The notes beneath the pieces were generated by a model. That model had not been told where the DNA came from. It ran no database searches and saw nothing but the letters and a program-made list of their open reading frames with translations. Made by a program: the position numbers and the translations under genes. A stretch of 57,174 bases of DNA from an uncultured Deinococcales bacterium (lineage in GTDB: Bacteria > Deinococcota > Deinococci > Deinococcales > JAAFIG01), in the NCBI GenBank assembly GCA_964247135.1, contig CAXTTL010000007.1:1-57174 (forward strand), written 5' to 3'. Below are positions 19,171 through 29,110 of the stretch, one piece after another (within the stretch, counting starts at the first letter, position 1; each line of letters begins with the position of its first letter).

Positions 19171-20237
19171 TGCCGGACGATCTCGAGGTTCGCGGCGCGA
19201 TCAAACGCTACGGCAATGTGACCGCCCTTGGAGGTGTGAGTTTGCGCGTCGAGCAGGGTGAATTTCTGACCCTGCTCGGACCGTCGGGTTGCGGCAAAAG
19301 CACACTGTTGGGCTTGATCGCCGGCAGCCTCGAGCCGGACGCGGGGATCATTCAAATTGGCGGTCGGCGCGTGGACACGCTGCCCAGCGAGCGCCGCAAC
19401 ATTGGCATGGTCTTCCAGTCCTATGCCCTGTTCCCGCATTTGTCGGTGCAAGAGAACGTGGCTTTTGGCTTGCGAATGCGCCGTGTTTCAGACCCCGAGA
19501 TCAAACGTCGGGTGGCGGACGCGCTCGAGATGGTTGGACTGGGCACCCTGCTTTCGCGCTTTCCGCGCCAGTTGTCTGGCGGTCAGCAACAACGGGTGGC
19601 ACTGGCTCGAGCCTTGGTGATCGAACCGGCGGTTTTGCTGCTCGACGAGCCGCTCTCGAATTTGGATGCCCGTTTGCGCGAACAATTGCGCGACGAATTG
19701 CGAGGCTTGCAAAGCCGTTTGCGCACCACCAGCGTTTACGTCACCCACGATCAATCCGAAGCTTTGGCACTCTCAGACCGAATTGCCGTGATGAACGGCG
19801 GGCGCATCATCGAGGTTGGCTCGCCGCTCGAGTTGTACCGCACGCCCAAATACCGTTTTACCGCCGAGTTTTTGGGCAACACCAATTTGATTCACGCCAG
19901 CGCAGAACAAGGTGTCTTGCACTTACCCTGGAACGAACGCCTGCCTTGGCATCAAAGTTCAGGTGCGGTGTTGCTTTCGGTGCGCCCCGAAGACATTGTT
20001 CTTGAGCCAGACCCAAACGGTCTTGGGGTGATCGAATCGAGCATCTTTTTGGGGGCTTGGGTTGAATACCTGGTGCGAATCGGCACTCAACATTTGCGAG
20101 TCCATGTGGCTGGCGGTGGCTCGAGCCTCTTGCGTTCGGGCGATGCCGTGCGCCTGCATTTGCCGTTGCAATTGCACACGGTTTTGGAAGAAAATCAGAC
20201 TGCAAAACCCGCATCCTCGAGTGAGGTTTTGGCATGA
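19170..20237 (+). CDS. ABC transporter ATP-binding protein (PotA-like)
   Basis: GPSGCGKS, VFQSYALFPH, LSGGQQQRV, LLLDEPLSNLD. Confidence 0.93.
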   Translation: MPDDLEVRGAIKRYGNVTALGGVSLRVEQGEFLTLLGPSGCGKSTLLGLIAGSLEPDAGIIQIGGRRVDTLPSERRNIGMVFQSYALFPHLSVQENVAFGLRMRRVSDPEIKRRVADALEMVGLGTLLSRFPRQLSGGQQQRVALARALVIEPAVLLLDEPLSNLDARLREQLRDELRGLQSRLRTTSVYVTHDQSEALALSDRIAVMNGGRIIEVGSPLELYRTPKYRFTAEFLGNTNLIHASAEQGVLHLPWNERLPWHQSSGAVLLSVRPEDIVLEPDPNGLGVIESSIFLGAWVEYLVRIGTQHLRVHVAGGGSSLLRSGDAVRLHLPLQLHTVLEENQTAKPASSSEVLA

Positions 20238-21100
20238 GCCTCACTTGGAAACGCAGCCTGAACTTGTGGCTGCTGCTCGTGCCTGGCGTCGGGTACTTGC
20301 TGGTGTTTTTTGGTTCGCCGCTGGCGCTGGCGCTTTTGGGCAGCGTTGGACTTGAAACCATTGGCACAAGCACCCCAGGTTTCACCCTCGAGCATTACCG
20401 CACGATGCTGACCAACAGCATTTATTTGGATGGTTTGTGGTTTACCCTCTACCTTTCGATCACGTCAACGCTGCTGAGTTTGTTGATTGCCCTGCCTGTT
20501 ACAGCGCTTGTCCTGCAAAGTTTCCCTGGCAAGCAATTGTTCAACACGCTTTACAAAGTGCCGCTGGTGGTGCCTGGTGTGGTGGCGGCATTCTTGGTCT
20601 TAACGCTGGTGGACCGTGGTGGTTTGCTGCCTCGAGCTTTCGAGCGCCTTGGTTTGGGTTTCCCACAACTTGTGCGTGACCGTCTGGCATTGGGCGTGTT
20701 GATTGGCATGGCGTGGAAGAGCGTGCCGTTTATGGTGCTGGTGATTGGTGGTGCGATGGCAAGCGTCCCCAAAGATGTGCTGGCAGCCGCTCGGACGCTT
20801 GGCGCGAATGCTTGGCAAGCTTTTGTCAAAGTCCAAGTGCCGCTTGCCTTGCCTGGCATCACGGCTGCCACGCTGCTGGTGTTTATCGGTTCGACGGGCG
20901 CTTACGCCATTCCCAACTTGATTGGTCCTGTCTACCCTTCGCCCTTGTCGGTTCATATGTATGAAAATGCTTTCGAGCGCAACCAGTGGGGTTTGGTTGC
21001 CGCGATGGGCAGCGTCCTCAGCCTGACCTTGAGCCTTGTCTTGCTGGCGTACTATCAACTCACACGGGGCGCAAGCCGAAGCTCGAGCAAGGGAAGCTGA
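20234..21100 (+). CDS. ABC transporter permease (PotB-like)
   Basis: AAARTLGA EAA-like loop, PLALPGI; multiple TMs. Confidence 0.88.
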   Translation: MSLTWKRSLNLWLLLVPGVGYLLVFFGSPLALALLGSVGLETIGTSTPGFTLEHYRTMLTNSIYLDGLWFTLYLSITSTLLSLLIALPVTALVLQSFPGKQLFNTLYKVPLVVPGVVAAFLVLTLVDRGGLLPRAFERLGLGFPQLVRDRLALGVLIGMAWKSVPFMVLVIGGAMASVPKDVLAAARTLGANAWQAFVKVQVPLALPGITAATLLVFIGSTGAYAIPNLIGPVYPSPLSVHMYENAFERNQWGLVAAMGSVLSLTLSLVLLAYYQLTRGASRSSSKGS

Positions 21101-21951
21101 TGCAAAAGATTGCCGCTCGGGTTTCCAGCCAAAAATTGGCAAGCGTCTGGTTGAGTGTTGGCTTGTTTGCGGCGTTGGCTTTGACCTTGGGCTTGCCCGT
21201 GGTGGTTGCCGCCATGTGGTCGGTGGTTGACCCGAAACAAGGATGGTTCGCCCCCGATCTTGTGCCGCCGTCGGTGTCCACGTACTTCTGGAGCGCAACG
21301 CTTGGCGACCCCAGCATTCTCGAGGCATTTGGTTTAAGTTTGCTGATTGGCGCAATCGTAACGCTCCTGTCGATATTGCTGGCATTGCCTACCGCCTATG
21401 CGCTGGCACGGATTCCATTTCGTGCCAAACGCCTGATCGAACTTTTTATCCTCGCGCCGCTGATCGTGCCTGGCATTATCATTGCCATTGGGCTGGGCAC
21501 ACTTTTTTTGCGTTTGGGTTTGGCGTACAGCGTGGCGGGTGTGGTGTTGGTTCAAACGGTCGGTACGCTGCCACTGATGATCCGAATTCTGTCCGCGTCG
21601 CTCGAGGGGATTCCCGAAGATGTGCTGCGTGCCGCCCGAACCCTGGGCGCAAACCCTTGGCAGATTGGCACGCGCATCGTTGTGCCACTGGCTCGACCTG
21701 GTTTTCTGGCGGGCGGTTTGCTGACGTTTATCTCGAGTTTTGAAGAGTTTGACAAAACCTTTATTGTCGGTTCGCCAGCCGTGCAAACCCTGACCACCAA
21801 GTTGTGGTCCTTCCTGGGCGGGCAACTGATCATTTTCCCGAGTGCGGCGGTGGTCACGTTTGCCTTGCTCGTACCAACCCTGATTGTTTTTTTTCTGGCT
21901 GCCCGTTTTGCCAAAGACGATGTGATGGCGGCTGGCATGGGCAAACTTTGA
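21100..21951 (+). CDS. ABC transporter permease (PotC-like)
   Basis: AYALAR, RAARTLGA, SSFEEF; start at ATG 21100, coupled to the previous TGA. Confidence 0.88.
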   Translation: MQKIAARVSSQKLASVWLSVGLFAALALTLGLPVVVAAMWSVVDPKQGWFAPDLVPPSVSTYFWSATLGDPSILEAFGLSLLIGAIVTLLSILLALPTAYALARIPFRAKRLIELFILAPLIVPGIIIAIGLGTLFLRLGLAYSVAGVVLVQTVGTLPLMIRILSASLEGIPEDVLRAARTLGANPWQIGTRIVVPLARPGFLAGGLLTFISSFEEFDKTFIVGSPAVQTLTTKLWSFLGGQLIIFPSAAVVTFALLVPTLIVFFLAARFAKDDVMAAGMGKL

Positions 21952-21970
21952 GCTTTGCGAAAGGAAGATC

Positions 21971-22789
21971 ATGTTTAAGTTGCTGGCAAAAGACAACGGC
22001 TTCGTTCACGTCTGCGGTCATCGTGGGCACAGCATTGGCGCTCCAGAGAACACCATCGCCGCACTCGAGGCAACATTGGCGCAGGGTGGCTCGAGTGCCG
22101 AAATTGATGTGATGCTGACCGCCGACGATCAGATTGTTTTGATGCACGATTACACCGTGGATCGCAACACCAACGGGCATGGTTTGGTCGAATCGTACAG
22201 TCTGGAACAACTTCAAGCTTTGGACGCCGGCGCTTGGTTCGCACCAGAATTTATCGGCACTCGAGTTCCGATGCTCGAGGAGGCACTGGCTTTTGCCAAA
22301 GGAAAACTGGGTTTGGTCGTCGAGATCAAAGAACCCTGGCGCACAAAGCGCTTGATTGAAGTGCTGGGCGAACTGCTTGAGCGCACTGGTGCTGCCGACG
22401 ATGCCATTTTCATTTCATTCGATCATGTGGTGCTTCATCAACTCAAACTCGAGTTGCCAAACATCCGCACCGAAGCCATCACCCACGAACGCTTTGTTGA
22501 CCCTGTGGCAGTTTTGCGTGCCGCTCAGGTGGATTCTGTGTCGATTGAACTCGAGATGTTCCACCCCGACGATGCCAAAGCCATTCATGACGCAGGGGTC
22601 GCCATTCGCTTGCACTTGCCGCGCCCGAAAATCCTCGAGCATTTCAAGCAGCTCGGCAAAGATGTCGAACTGATGCTGGGCGCGTGGCTCGAGTCTGGGT
22701 TGATTGACACGCTTTCTGGCGATGATGTGGGTTTTCTCGCAGCACTGGTCAAGAGATATTCGTTGAAGACTTCTGCCCAAAATGCTTGA
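21971..22789 (+). CDS. Glycerophosphodiester phosphodiesterase (UgpQ/GlpQ-like, cytoplasmic)
   Basis: GHRG, PENTIAA, EIDV, MHD, EIK, ISFD. Confidence 0.9.
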   Translation: MFKLLAKDNGFVHVCGHRGHSIGAPENTIAALEATLAQGGSSAEIDVMLTADDQIVLMHDYTVDRNTNGHGLVESYSLEQLQALDAGAWFAPEFIGTRVPMLEEALAFAKGKLGLVVEIKEPWRTKRLIEVLGELLERTGAADDAIFISFDHVVLHQLKLELPNIRTEAITHERFVDPVAVLRAAQVDSVSIELEMFHPDDAKAIHDAGVAIRLHLPRPKILEHFKQLGKDVELMLGAWLESGLIDTLSGDDVGFLAALVKRYSLKTSAQNA

Positions 22790-22792
22790 GTT

Positions 22793-24073
22793 TTAGTTGC
22801 CCTCAGCCCAAACCGCGCTCGAGATTGCCGCCATGCAAGCCTGTTGCTCGAGCAACGACGAATCCAAGTCTGGGTGGGCATGAATCGCGGCGCGTTCGGC
22901 TTCAGACCAGTCGCGGGTCAACTCTGCCCGAAGATAGGGTGAGCTGCCAAAGAACACCTCGAAACGCTCAAAGTCGTGGCTGATCCCGCATTCAAGCTGC
23001 GCCCCATCCCGACCAAGAACGCGCAGGGTGGTGCCTGCACCGTTTTGAACGTCCACCACGGCACGGTCTGCTGTGGCACTGATGCTGACAAAAGGCGCGT
23101 TCGGTCCTTCAGAGACGCTGGTGCGCCCCTCAAGGATGGCATTGAGCAGATCACCTGGGCTGAGGCTGGCAGCCTTGATCCAGGTGGTTGGGCTACCGAC
23201 CTGAAACGGCTCGCTTTCAAAGACTTGCCAACCGCAGGGTTGATGGCGGTCGCTGCCACCCACGGCGGGCAGCCGCAAACCGGCGTTCAACGCCGCCACC
23301 CAACGGTCTCGAGCCACCCAGTTGAGTGCTGCCCAAGGACCATTCCAGACCTCAAAAGCATCAAAGTGCTCCAGCAAACCCCACTGCCAATCGCAACTGG
23401 GGCAGACCGGTTTGGGATGGGCAAGAATGCGCAACATGCGCTGCGAGAACGCCGTCTCGAGCGTTTGTTGCACAGACTGGGCTTGGGTGTGCCTAAACTC
23501 GAGGTAGTCCCCCCTGCCCAGCGCCGTAAAATGTCCTCGGTAGGTCGTGACCTCTTGTCCCGCAATCACAGACGGCTGCATCTCGAGGTCGGCGTGGTGT
23601 GAGACGGTGTTGTGATCGGTCACAGCCAGAAAATCCAAACCACGCTCGAGGGCGGCACCGATTAAATCTTTGACACTGCCCACTGCATCAGAATGGTGGG
23701 TGTGGGTGTGAAGATCGCCGCGATACCAACGCAACGAACGCGCCGCCTGCAATTCAATCTCGAGCTTCACCTCGCAACCATCGGCGGGCAGATCGTACAA
23801 GCCGAGCAAGACCTGCCAAACCCCAGGGCGCATCAAGCCTGCCAGGTAGCCAGGTGTGGCGTTGGCGGGTGTGACCGTGAACCCAGTCCGCGCCCCGCCG
23901 CTCCAGCCGCGCAAGCCGCAGGGATCAATCAGTCCAAGATCGACGGTGGCGCTCGTCGGTTCGACGCTGTAACGCACCGTGAGTTCTCGAGTGCCCTCGG
24001 GAACAATAAATTCCACCTCGGGATAGCTTCCCTGTTGGGTGTGTTCATAACGGCGTATCAATTCAAGTTTCAT
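22793..24073 (-). CDS. PHP-domain metallohydrolase (CehA/McbA-like)
   Basis: WYRGDLHTHTHHSD, GLDFLAVTDHN, AHP, EVWNG, GGSDRH. Confidence 0.85.
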   Translation of the reverse strand: MKLELIRRYEHTQQGSYPEVEFIVPEGTRELTVRYSVEPTSATVDLGLIDPCGLRGWSGGARTGFTVTPANATPGYLAGLMRPGVWQVLLGLYDLPADGCEVKLEIELQAARSLRWYRGDLHTHTHHSDAVGSVKDLIGAALERGLDFLAVTDHNTVSHHADLEMQPSVIAGQEVTTYRGHFTALGRGDYLEFRHTQAQSVQQTLETAFSQRMLRILAHPKPVCPSCDWQWGLLEHFDAFEVWNGPWAALNWVARDRWVAALNAGLRLPAVGGSDRHQPCGWQVFESEPFQVGSPTTWIKAASLSPGDLLNAILEGRTSVSEGPNAPFVSISATADRAVVDVQNGAGTTLRVLGRDGAQLECGISHDFERFEVFFGSSPYLRAELTRDWSEAERAAIHAHPDLDSSLLEQQACMAAISSAVWAEGN

Positions 24074-25119
24074 TCGAGACGCTCACCGTTCCGATCAAAA
24101 AAATGCAGCCGCTCAGGGTCAAACTCAAGATACACCCAGCGCGGCAACTCGGGCGGCTCCGCCCCCAAGACCCGCACCGCCACCGTTTGCCCCTCTGCCT
24201 CGAGTGTCAAAATGCTTTCAGCCCCGAGCATTTCGATGTTTTGCAATTCTGCCCGAACGCTGGTTGCAGAAGCTTCAAGTCGAACGCGGACATCTTCGGG
24301 ACGCACCCCAAACAGATCAGCTCGCTCAAGCTTCCCTGAGAGCGTGCCAAGTAGCTCACGAAACGCCCCATGATCCAGCTCGAGCAGGTTCATCGGCGGT
24401 TGACCCAAAAAGCTGGCGACAAAGGTGGTGGCGGGTCGGCGGTAAACCTCGAGCGGTGTGCCGACCTGCAACACCCGACCGTCGCGCATCACTGCCAAAC
24501 GATCTGCCAGTGCCATCGCCTCGAGTTGGTCGTGGGTGACATAGACCACCGTCAGCTTCAATTCCCGTTGCAGCCGCTTGAGAAAGGTTCGTGCCTCAAA
24601 GCGCAACTGGGCATCGAGGTTGGAGAGCGGTTCGTCCATCAACAGCAATTGCGAAGGGTGAACCAGCGAACGAGCCACCGCCACACGCTGTTGTTGACCG
24701 CCCGAGAGTTGCGCCGGACGACGCTCGAGCAAATTTTCGATGCGCAGGTTTTTTGCCACCGCTCGTGTGCGGCTTTCGCGTTCGGCAGGTTTGATGTTTC
24801 GCACCTTGAGCGGATAGGCGATGTTCTCGAGGATCGTCATGTGCGGGTAGAGCGCGTAATCCTGAAAGACCATTGCCAGGTTGCGCTCGGCTGGGTCGAG
24901 GCGGGTGATCTCGCGCCCCGCCAAAAAGACCTGCCCAGAACTGGGCTGCTCGAGTCCGGCGATCATCCGCATGGTGGTGGTTTTACCGCAACCCGAGGGT
25001 CCAAGCAGGGCAAAGAATTCGCCAGCGTTGATGCTGAGCTGAAGCTCGGTCACGGCTCGCACCTCGCCAAAGCGTTTTTCCAGCCCCCGCAACTCGAGGT
25101 GTGCCGCCTCGGGCTTCAT
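24070..25119 (-). CDS. Sugar ABC transporter ATP-binding protein (MalK/UgpC-like)
   Basis: GPSGCGKT, VFQDYALYPH, LSGGQQQRV, DEPLSNLD, PPMNL; start at ATG 25119. Confidence 0.92.
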   Translation of the reverse strand: MKPEAAHLELRGLEKRFGEVRAVTELQLSINAGEFFALLGPSGCGKTTTMRMIAGLEQPSSGQVFLAGREITRLDPAERNLAMVFQDYALYPHMTILENIAYPLKVRNIKPAERESRTRAVAKNLRIENLLERRPAQLSGGQQQRVAVARSLVHPSQLLLMDEPLSNLDAQLRFEARTFLKRLQRELKLTVVYVTHDQLEAMALADRLAVMRDGRVLQVGTPLEVYRRPATTFVASFLGQPPMNLLELDHGAFRELLGTLSGKLERADLFGVRPEDVRVRLEASATSVRAELQNIEMLGAESILTLEAEGQTVAVRVLGAEPPELPRWVYLEFDPERLHFFDRNGERLE

Positions 25120-25967
25120 TGTTTGACCCCGCCAAAAAAGCGAAAGCCGTAGGTTCGGTTGACCCACCAGTACAAGGCAATCACAGGCAAGACGTACAAA
25201 AACGAGTACGCCGCCACCAGAGGCAACTTTGGGTCGCCGCCCTCATTGAAAAAGGCGTAGGCGGTCACGGCAGCCGGCAACTGTTCGGGTGAGCGCAACA
25301 AAATAAACGGGGTGAGGAAATTGCCCCAGACGTTGACAAATGTCCAGACGCCCACGACCATCAAACCTGGGCGGGTCAGCGGCAACACGATGTCCACCAG
25401 CACCCGCCAAGGCTTTGCGCCGCACACCCGAGCCGATTCCTCGAGCGAGCGCGGCAGGGCGTCCACAAAGTCGCGCAAAATAAAAATGGCGGTCGGCAAC
25501 AAACCACCCGTCAAGACCAGAATCACCCCAAGGTGCTGGTCGATCAAGCCAAGGCGAAAGATCAGCAAAAAGATTGGCACCATCGCAACCGTGCCAGTGA
25601 CCACCGATGAGAACAGGGTCAGGCTATAGATCAGTACCTGGCGACCTGGAACCCGTGCCCTCGAGAGCGCATAGGCTGCCAACAATGCGGTCAATGCCAC
25701 CAGCACCATCGTGATGCCCGCCAAGATCAGGCTGTTGAGCAAACCCCTCATGGCAAGCGAGTTCTCGAGCACCACACGAAAATTCTCGAGCGTGAATTGC
25801 GGCAGCCGCACCGAGAGTTTGGCGTTCGCATCCCAGGGAGCGGTCAGCAACCACAACAGCGGCAGGCTAAAAAAACCGACGATCAGTGTCACCAGCAGGG
25901 CAAAACCCACCCGAAGCGAGACAAAACCAAACAACTCGAGCCAGAACGATCTTCGGCGGGTGTTCAT
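25116..25967 (-). CDS. Carbohydrate ABC permease (MalG-like)
   Basis: AAYALSR, SLEESARVCGA, PLTRPGL. Confidence 0.88.
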   Translation of the reverse strand: MNTRRRSFWLELFGFVSLRVGFALLVTLIVGFFSLPLLWLLTAPWDANAKLSVRLPQFTLENFRVVLENSLAMRGLLNSLILAGITMVLVALTALLAAYALSRARVPGRQVLIYSLTLFSSVVTGTVAMVPIFLLIFRLGLIDQHLGVILVLTGGLLPTAIFILRDFVDALPRSLEESARVCGAKPWRVLVDIVLPLTRPGLMVVGVWTFVNVWGNFLTPFILLRSPEQLPAAVTAYAFFNEGGDPKLPLVAAYSFLYVLPVIALYWWVNRTYGFRFFGGVKQ

Positions 25968-26863
25968 GCAGTTCTCGCCGTTCGACGCTGTGACATCAGG
26001 TAACTCGCGGCAAGCACCGAATTGATCAGCATCATCACCACCGCAATGGCAGCACCACGTCCAAACTCGAGGTCACGAAACGCCACGCGGTAACTGAAAA
26101 TCGAGAGCAAATCGGTGGCAAAGGCGGGTCCGCCTTTGGTGATCAGGTACGGCGAGAAGGTGTTGAAGGTCCAGAGTGTCACCAGCAGCAGGGTCGTGCC
26201 AGAATGCTTGGCGATCAAGGGCAGCAAGATGTCGCGCAGTACCATCAGCGGTTTCGCGCCCAACACCCGTGCCGTCTCGAGGTACGAGCTTGGAATCGAA
26301 GCCAAGGCACTGGCAAACAGCAGCATCGAGAACGCCGTGCCACGCCAGATGTTGAACAAGATGATGGCGAACAAGGGGTGCTCGAGCACCCAGTCGGGTC
26401 GTCCCAAGCCCAGGCTGCCCAAAATGGCGTTCAACGTGCCAAAATCGCGGTCCAGAAACGAAACCCAGCCAAACACCAGCGGCACTTCGGGCAGAATCCA
26501 GCAGACCGTGGCAAGCGAGAACACGAGTTCGCGCAGCCAGCCTTTGCGTCCATGAAACAGATAGGCGATCACAAAGCCCAGCATCACCTGTCCCAGCCCA
26601 GAACCGAGCGTAAAGATGACCGTGAGCAGCAAGGCGTGACCGAATTCGCCAGGGCGAAACCAGTCGGCAAAATTGAAAATAGCAGCGTAATTGTCCAAGC
26701 CAACAAAAGCAGGGTTAACGCTGTTTGCCCCCAACAAAGTTTGATTGGTGAAGCTGACCACCACCACCCAGGCAAATGGGAAGAATAAAAACAAAGCCAG
26801 CAACCCCAGGGCTGGGGCGAGCAGCAGCAATCCCACGCGGATCGAAATCAGCGATTCACGCAT
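25964..26863 (-). CDS. Carbohydrate ABC permease (MalF-like)
   Basis: FVGLDNY, YLETARVLGA, TKGGP; start uncertain (26863 or 26899). Confidence 0.86.
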   Translation of the reverse strand: MRESLISIRVGLLLLAPALGLLALFLFFPFAWVVVVSFTNQTLLGANSVNPAFVGLDNYAAIFNFADWFRPGEFGHALLLTVIFTLGSGLGQVMLGFVIAYLFHGRKGWLRELVFSLATVCWILPEVPLVFGWVSFLDRDFGTLNAILGSLGLGRPDWVLEHPLFAIILFNIWRGTAFSMLLFASALASIPSSYLETARVLGAKPLMVLRDILLPLIAKHSGTTLLLVTLWTFNTFSPYLITKGGPAFATDLLSIFSYRVAFRDLEFGRGAAIAVVMMLINSVLAASYLMSQRRTARTA

Positions 26864-26917
26864 GAAGAACCAGACTCCAACTCGAGCGACCCGCACCACA
26901 CAAAATCCATGAAACCA

Positions 26918-26952
26918 GCAAACGGCGCTCGAGGCTCGAGGTCGCCGTTTGC
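26918..26952. terminator. Intergenic stem-loop after the SBP gene (mRNA stabiliser/partial terminator)
   Basis: GCAAACGGCG (26918-27) pairs with CGCCGTTTGC (26943-52); two CTCGAG between the arms. Confidence 0.5.
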
Positions 26953-26988
26953 GGGCACGATGGTCGGGTCAAGCACACGTTGAGGGCT

Positions 26989-28359
26989 TCACTTCACGGC
27001 TTGCTCGAGCACATTGTCCGCCCCAACGATCTTCTTGACCGCCTCGCTGTAGGCGTTCATGGCATCAAGCGGGCTGGCTTGGGCGCTGACCACGCGTTCG
27101 GTCATCAGTTGGATTTCGCTGCTGACCTTGGGGTAGCTGGCGAGTTTTGGGCGGATCACGGTCAACGGCAGCAAGGTTTTTGCCATCTGGCTCATGATGG
27201 GGTCTTGGGTGATCGGCACGTCCTTGCGGGCGCGAATGCGCGGCAGGATTTTCTGAAATTCGGTTTGCATGGCTTTGCTCGCCATGAACGACATCAGCTC
27301 CCACGCCTCTTTGGGGGCTTTGGTGTTTGGGTTGATGACAAAACCCGTGCCGCCCGAAGCCGAGACAAAGCTCTGACCGTTCACGCCCTTGCCTGGCATT
27401 TGGGCTGGCATTTTTGCCCATCCCACCAACTCGTCGCGTTTCTCGAGGGCAAAATCGCCGCCTTTGGGCAGCAAGATCGAGCGCCAGAAGTAATCGCCTT
27501 CGATCAGCATTGCCATTTTGGCGTCGCGGAAGGCTTCAAAGCTGCGGTCGCGTCCCTCCTGAATCAGTTGCAAGCGGGCATCGCCCAGTTTTTCATCGAC
27601 GTAAACGGTTTTGTAAAAGTTCAGGGCGTCGAGGATGCCTTGGTGCTTGACGATCCACTTGTCCTGGCTGTCGTCAAAGGGTTTGATGCCTGTGCCAAGC
27701 AAGAGCATGTACCAGCCTTGAAGCGTGGTCGCCTCGCCCATCGCGCTGCCGGCATTCAATTGAAGCGGCGTCACGTCTGGTAAAGCTTGCTTGATCTTGC
27801 GGGCGGTGTCCAACAAATCGTTCCAACTCTTGGGCTGCCAGGGCGTGCGGATGCCTGCTTTTTGAAAGAGGTCTTTGCGGTAGAAGATCATACGAACATC
27901 GGTGCCGTTGCCCACGCCGTAGACTTTGCCCTTGTAGCCCATCAATTCGCGCAAGCCTGCCGGAATCTGCCTCCAGCCTTCCCAACGGTTGACCTGGGCA
28001 CCCGCTACCTGATCGAGCGGTTTAAGCAGGTTCGAGGCGACAAATTCTGGCACCCAGAAACCATCGAACGCCATCACATCGGCGCCTTTGCCCACCTGAA
28101 GGTCGAGGGCGTATTGCTGTTTGAGGGCTTCGGCTTTGCCAGTAAATTCTTGCAGCACGACATTGACGCTTTTGCCTTCACTTTTTATTTTGGCGTTAAA
28201 CGCCGGCACAACGCTTTCCGAAAGCCATTTGAGGTCATTGCCAGAAACGCCGGCGATGGTGAGCTGGGTTTGGTTTTGGGCGCTGACAAACAGTCCAGAC
28301 GCAATGGCGAGTCCTGCGACCAGTCCAAATTTGAGGGCATGGCTGTTTTTCTTTTGCAT
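26989..28359 (-). CDS. Sugar ABC transporter substrate-binding protein
   Basis: Signal peptide; FYRKDLF, PKSWNDLL, AWELMSFM; GGAGG RBS. Confidence 0.9.
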   Translation of the reverse strand: MQKKNSHALKFGLVAGLAIASGLFVSAQNQTQLTIAGVSGNDLKWLSESVVPAFNAKIKSEGKSVNVVLQEFTGKAEALKQQYALDLQVGKGADVMAFDGFWVPEFVASNLLKPLDQVAGAQVNRWEGWRQIPAGLRELMGYKGKVYGVGNGTDVRMIFYRKDLFQKAGIRTPWQPKSWNDLLDTARKIKQALPDVTPLQLNAGSAMGEATTLQGWYMLLLGTGIKPFDDSQDKWIVKHQGILDALNFYKTVYVDEKLGDARLQLIQEGRDRSFEAFRDAKMAMLIEGDYFWRSILLPKGGDFALEKRDELVGWAKMPAQMPGKGVNGQSFVSASGGTGFVINPNTKAPKEAWELMSFMASKAMQTEFQKILPRIRARKDVPITQDPIMSQMAKTLLPLTVIRPKLASYPKVSSEIQLMTERVVSAQASPLDAMNAYSEAVKKIVGADNVLEQAVK

Positions 28360-28465
28360 GATGTTCCTCCGGTTTGACGCTCGAGGTCAGACAAGCCAAA
28401 TTAGACGAGAAATGTCAGTGTCGCATCAATCACAAAAGGTTGACAACCCAAGCTCAAGGCGTTTT

Positions 28466-29002
28466 TTATTTGCGTTCCAAATTCCAAATTTCTTTGGCGT
28501 ACTCGTGAATCGCACGGTCGCTCGAGAAAAACCCACAGCGTGCCACGTTCAAAATTGAGCTTTTCGTCCACTCGGTTTTGTTGTGGTACGCCCGTTCGAG
28601 GTCGTCTTGGGCTTTGATGTACGACCTAAAATCGGCGAACACCAGGTATTCGTCGCGGTTGAACAGCGACTCGAGAATCGGTTTGAACAGTTCCGTATCG
28701 CCCCTGGAGAACGTGCCACCCGCGATCATCTCGAGAATCGCCCCAAGTTCAGGGTCTTGCTCGACCACGGCTCGAGGGTTGTAAGCGTTTTGTTTGAGCG
28801 CCACGACTTCGGGTTCGGTCAAGCCAAACAAGAAAAAGTGTTCTGCCCCAACGCGCTCGAGAATCTCGACGTTCGCACCGTCGAGCGTGCCGATGGTCAG
28901 CGCCCCGTTGAGCGCCAGTTTCATGTTGCCCGTGCCCGAAGCCTCCTTGCCTGCCAGCGAAATTTGTTCGCTGACATCGGCGGCGGGGAAGATTTTCCGC
29001 TC
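28466..29002 (-). pseudogene. glgP: Glycogen/starch phosphorylase, C-terminal ~179-codon fragment
   Basis: Frame reads [45 protein letters not shown]...[15 protein letters not shown]; in-frame TAA at 29035-29033 upstream; N-terminal part absent. Confidence 0.85.
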
Positions 29003-29060
29003 AGGATCAGGTTGAATTCGATGATTGATGCTTTAGGAAAATGCCTCTGCTAGAATGCCG

Positions 29061-29088
29061 TTGTCAAGAAGCTGACAATTATCAGACA
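29061..29088. promoter_or_regulatory. TTGTCA-N6-TGACAA inverted repeat plus TGACA-N6-AGACA direct repeat
   Basis: TTGTCA 29061, TGACA 29073, AGACA 29084; upstream of the TelA operon; TAGAAT at 29051. Confidence 0.4.
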
Positions 29089-29110
29089 CAATGACCCGAG
29101 GGGGCTGCCG

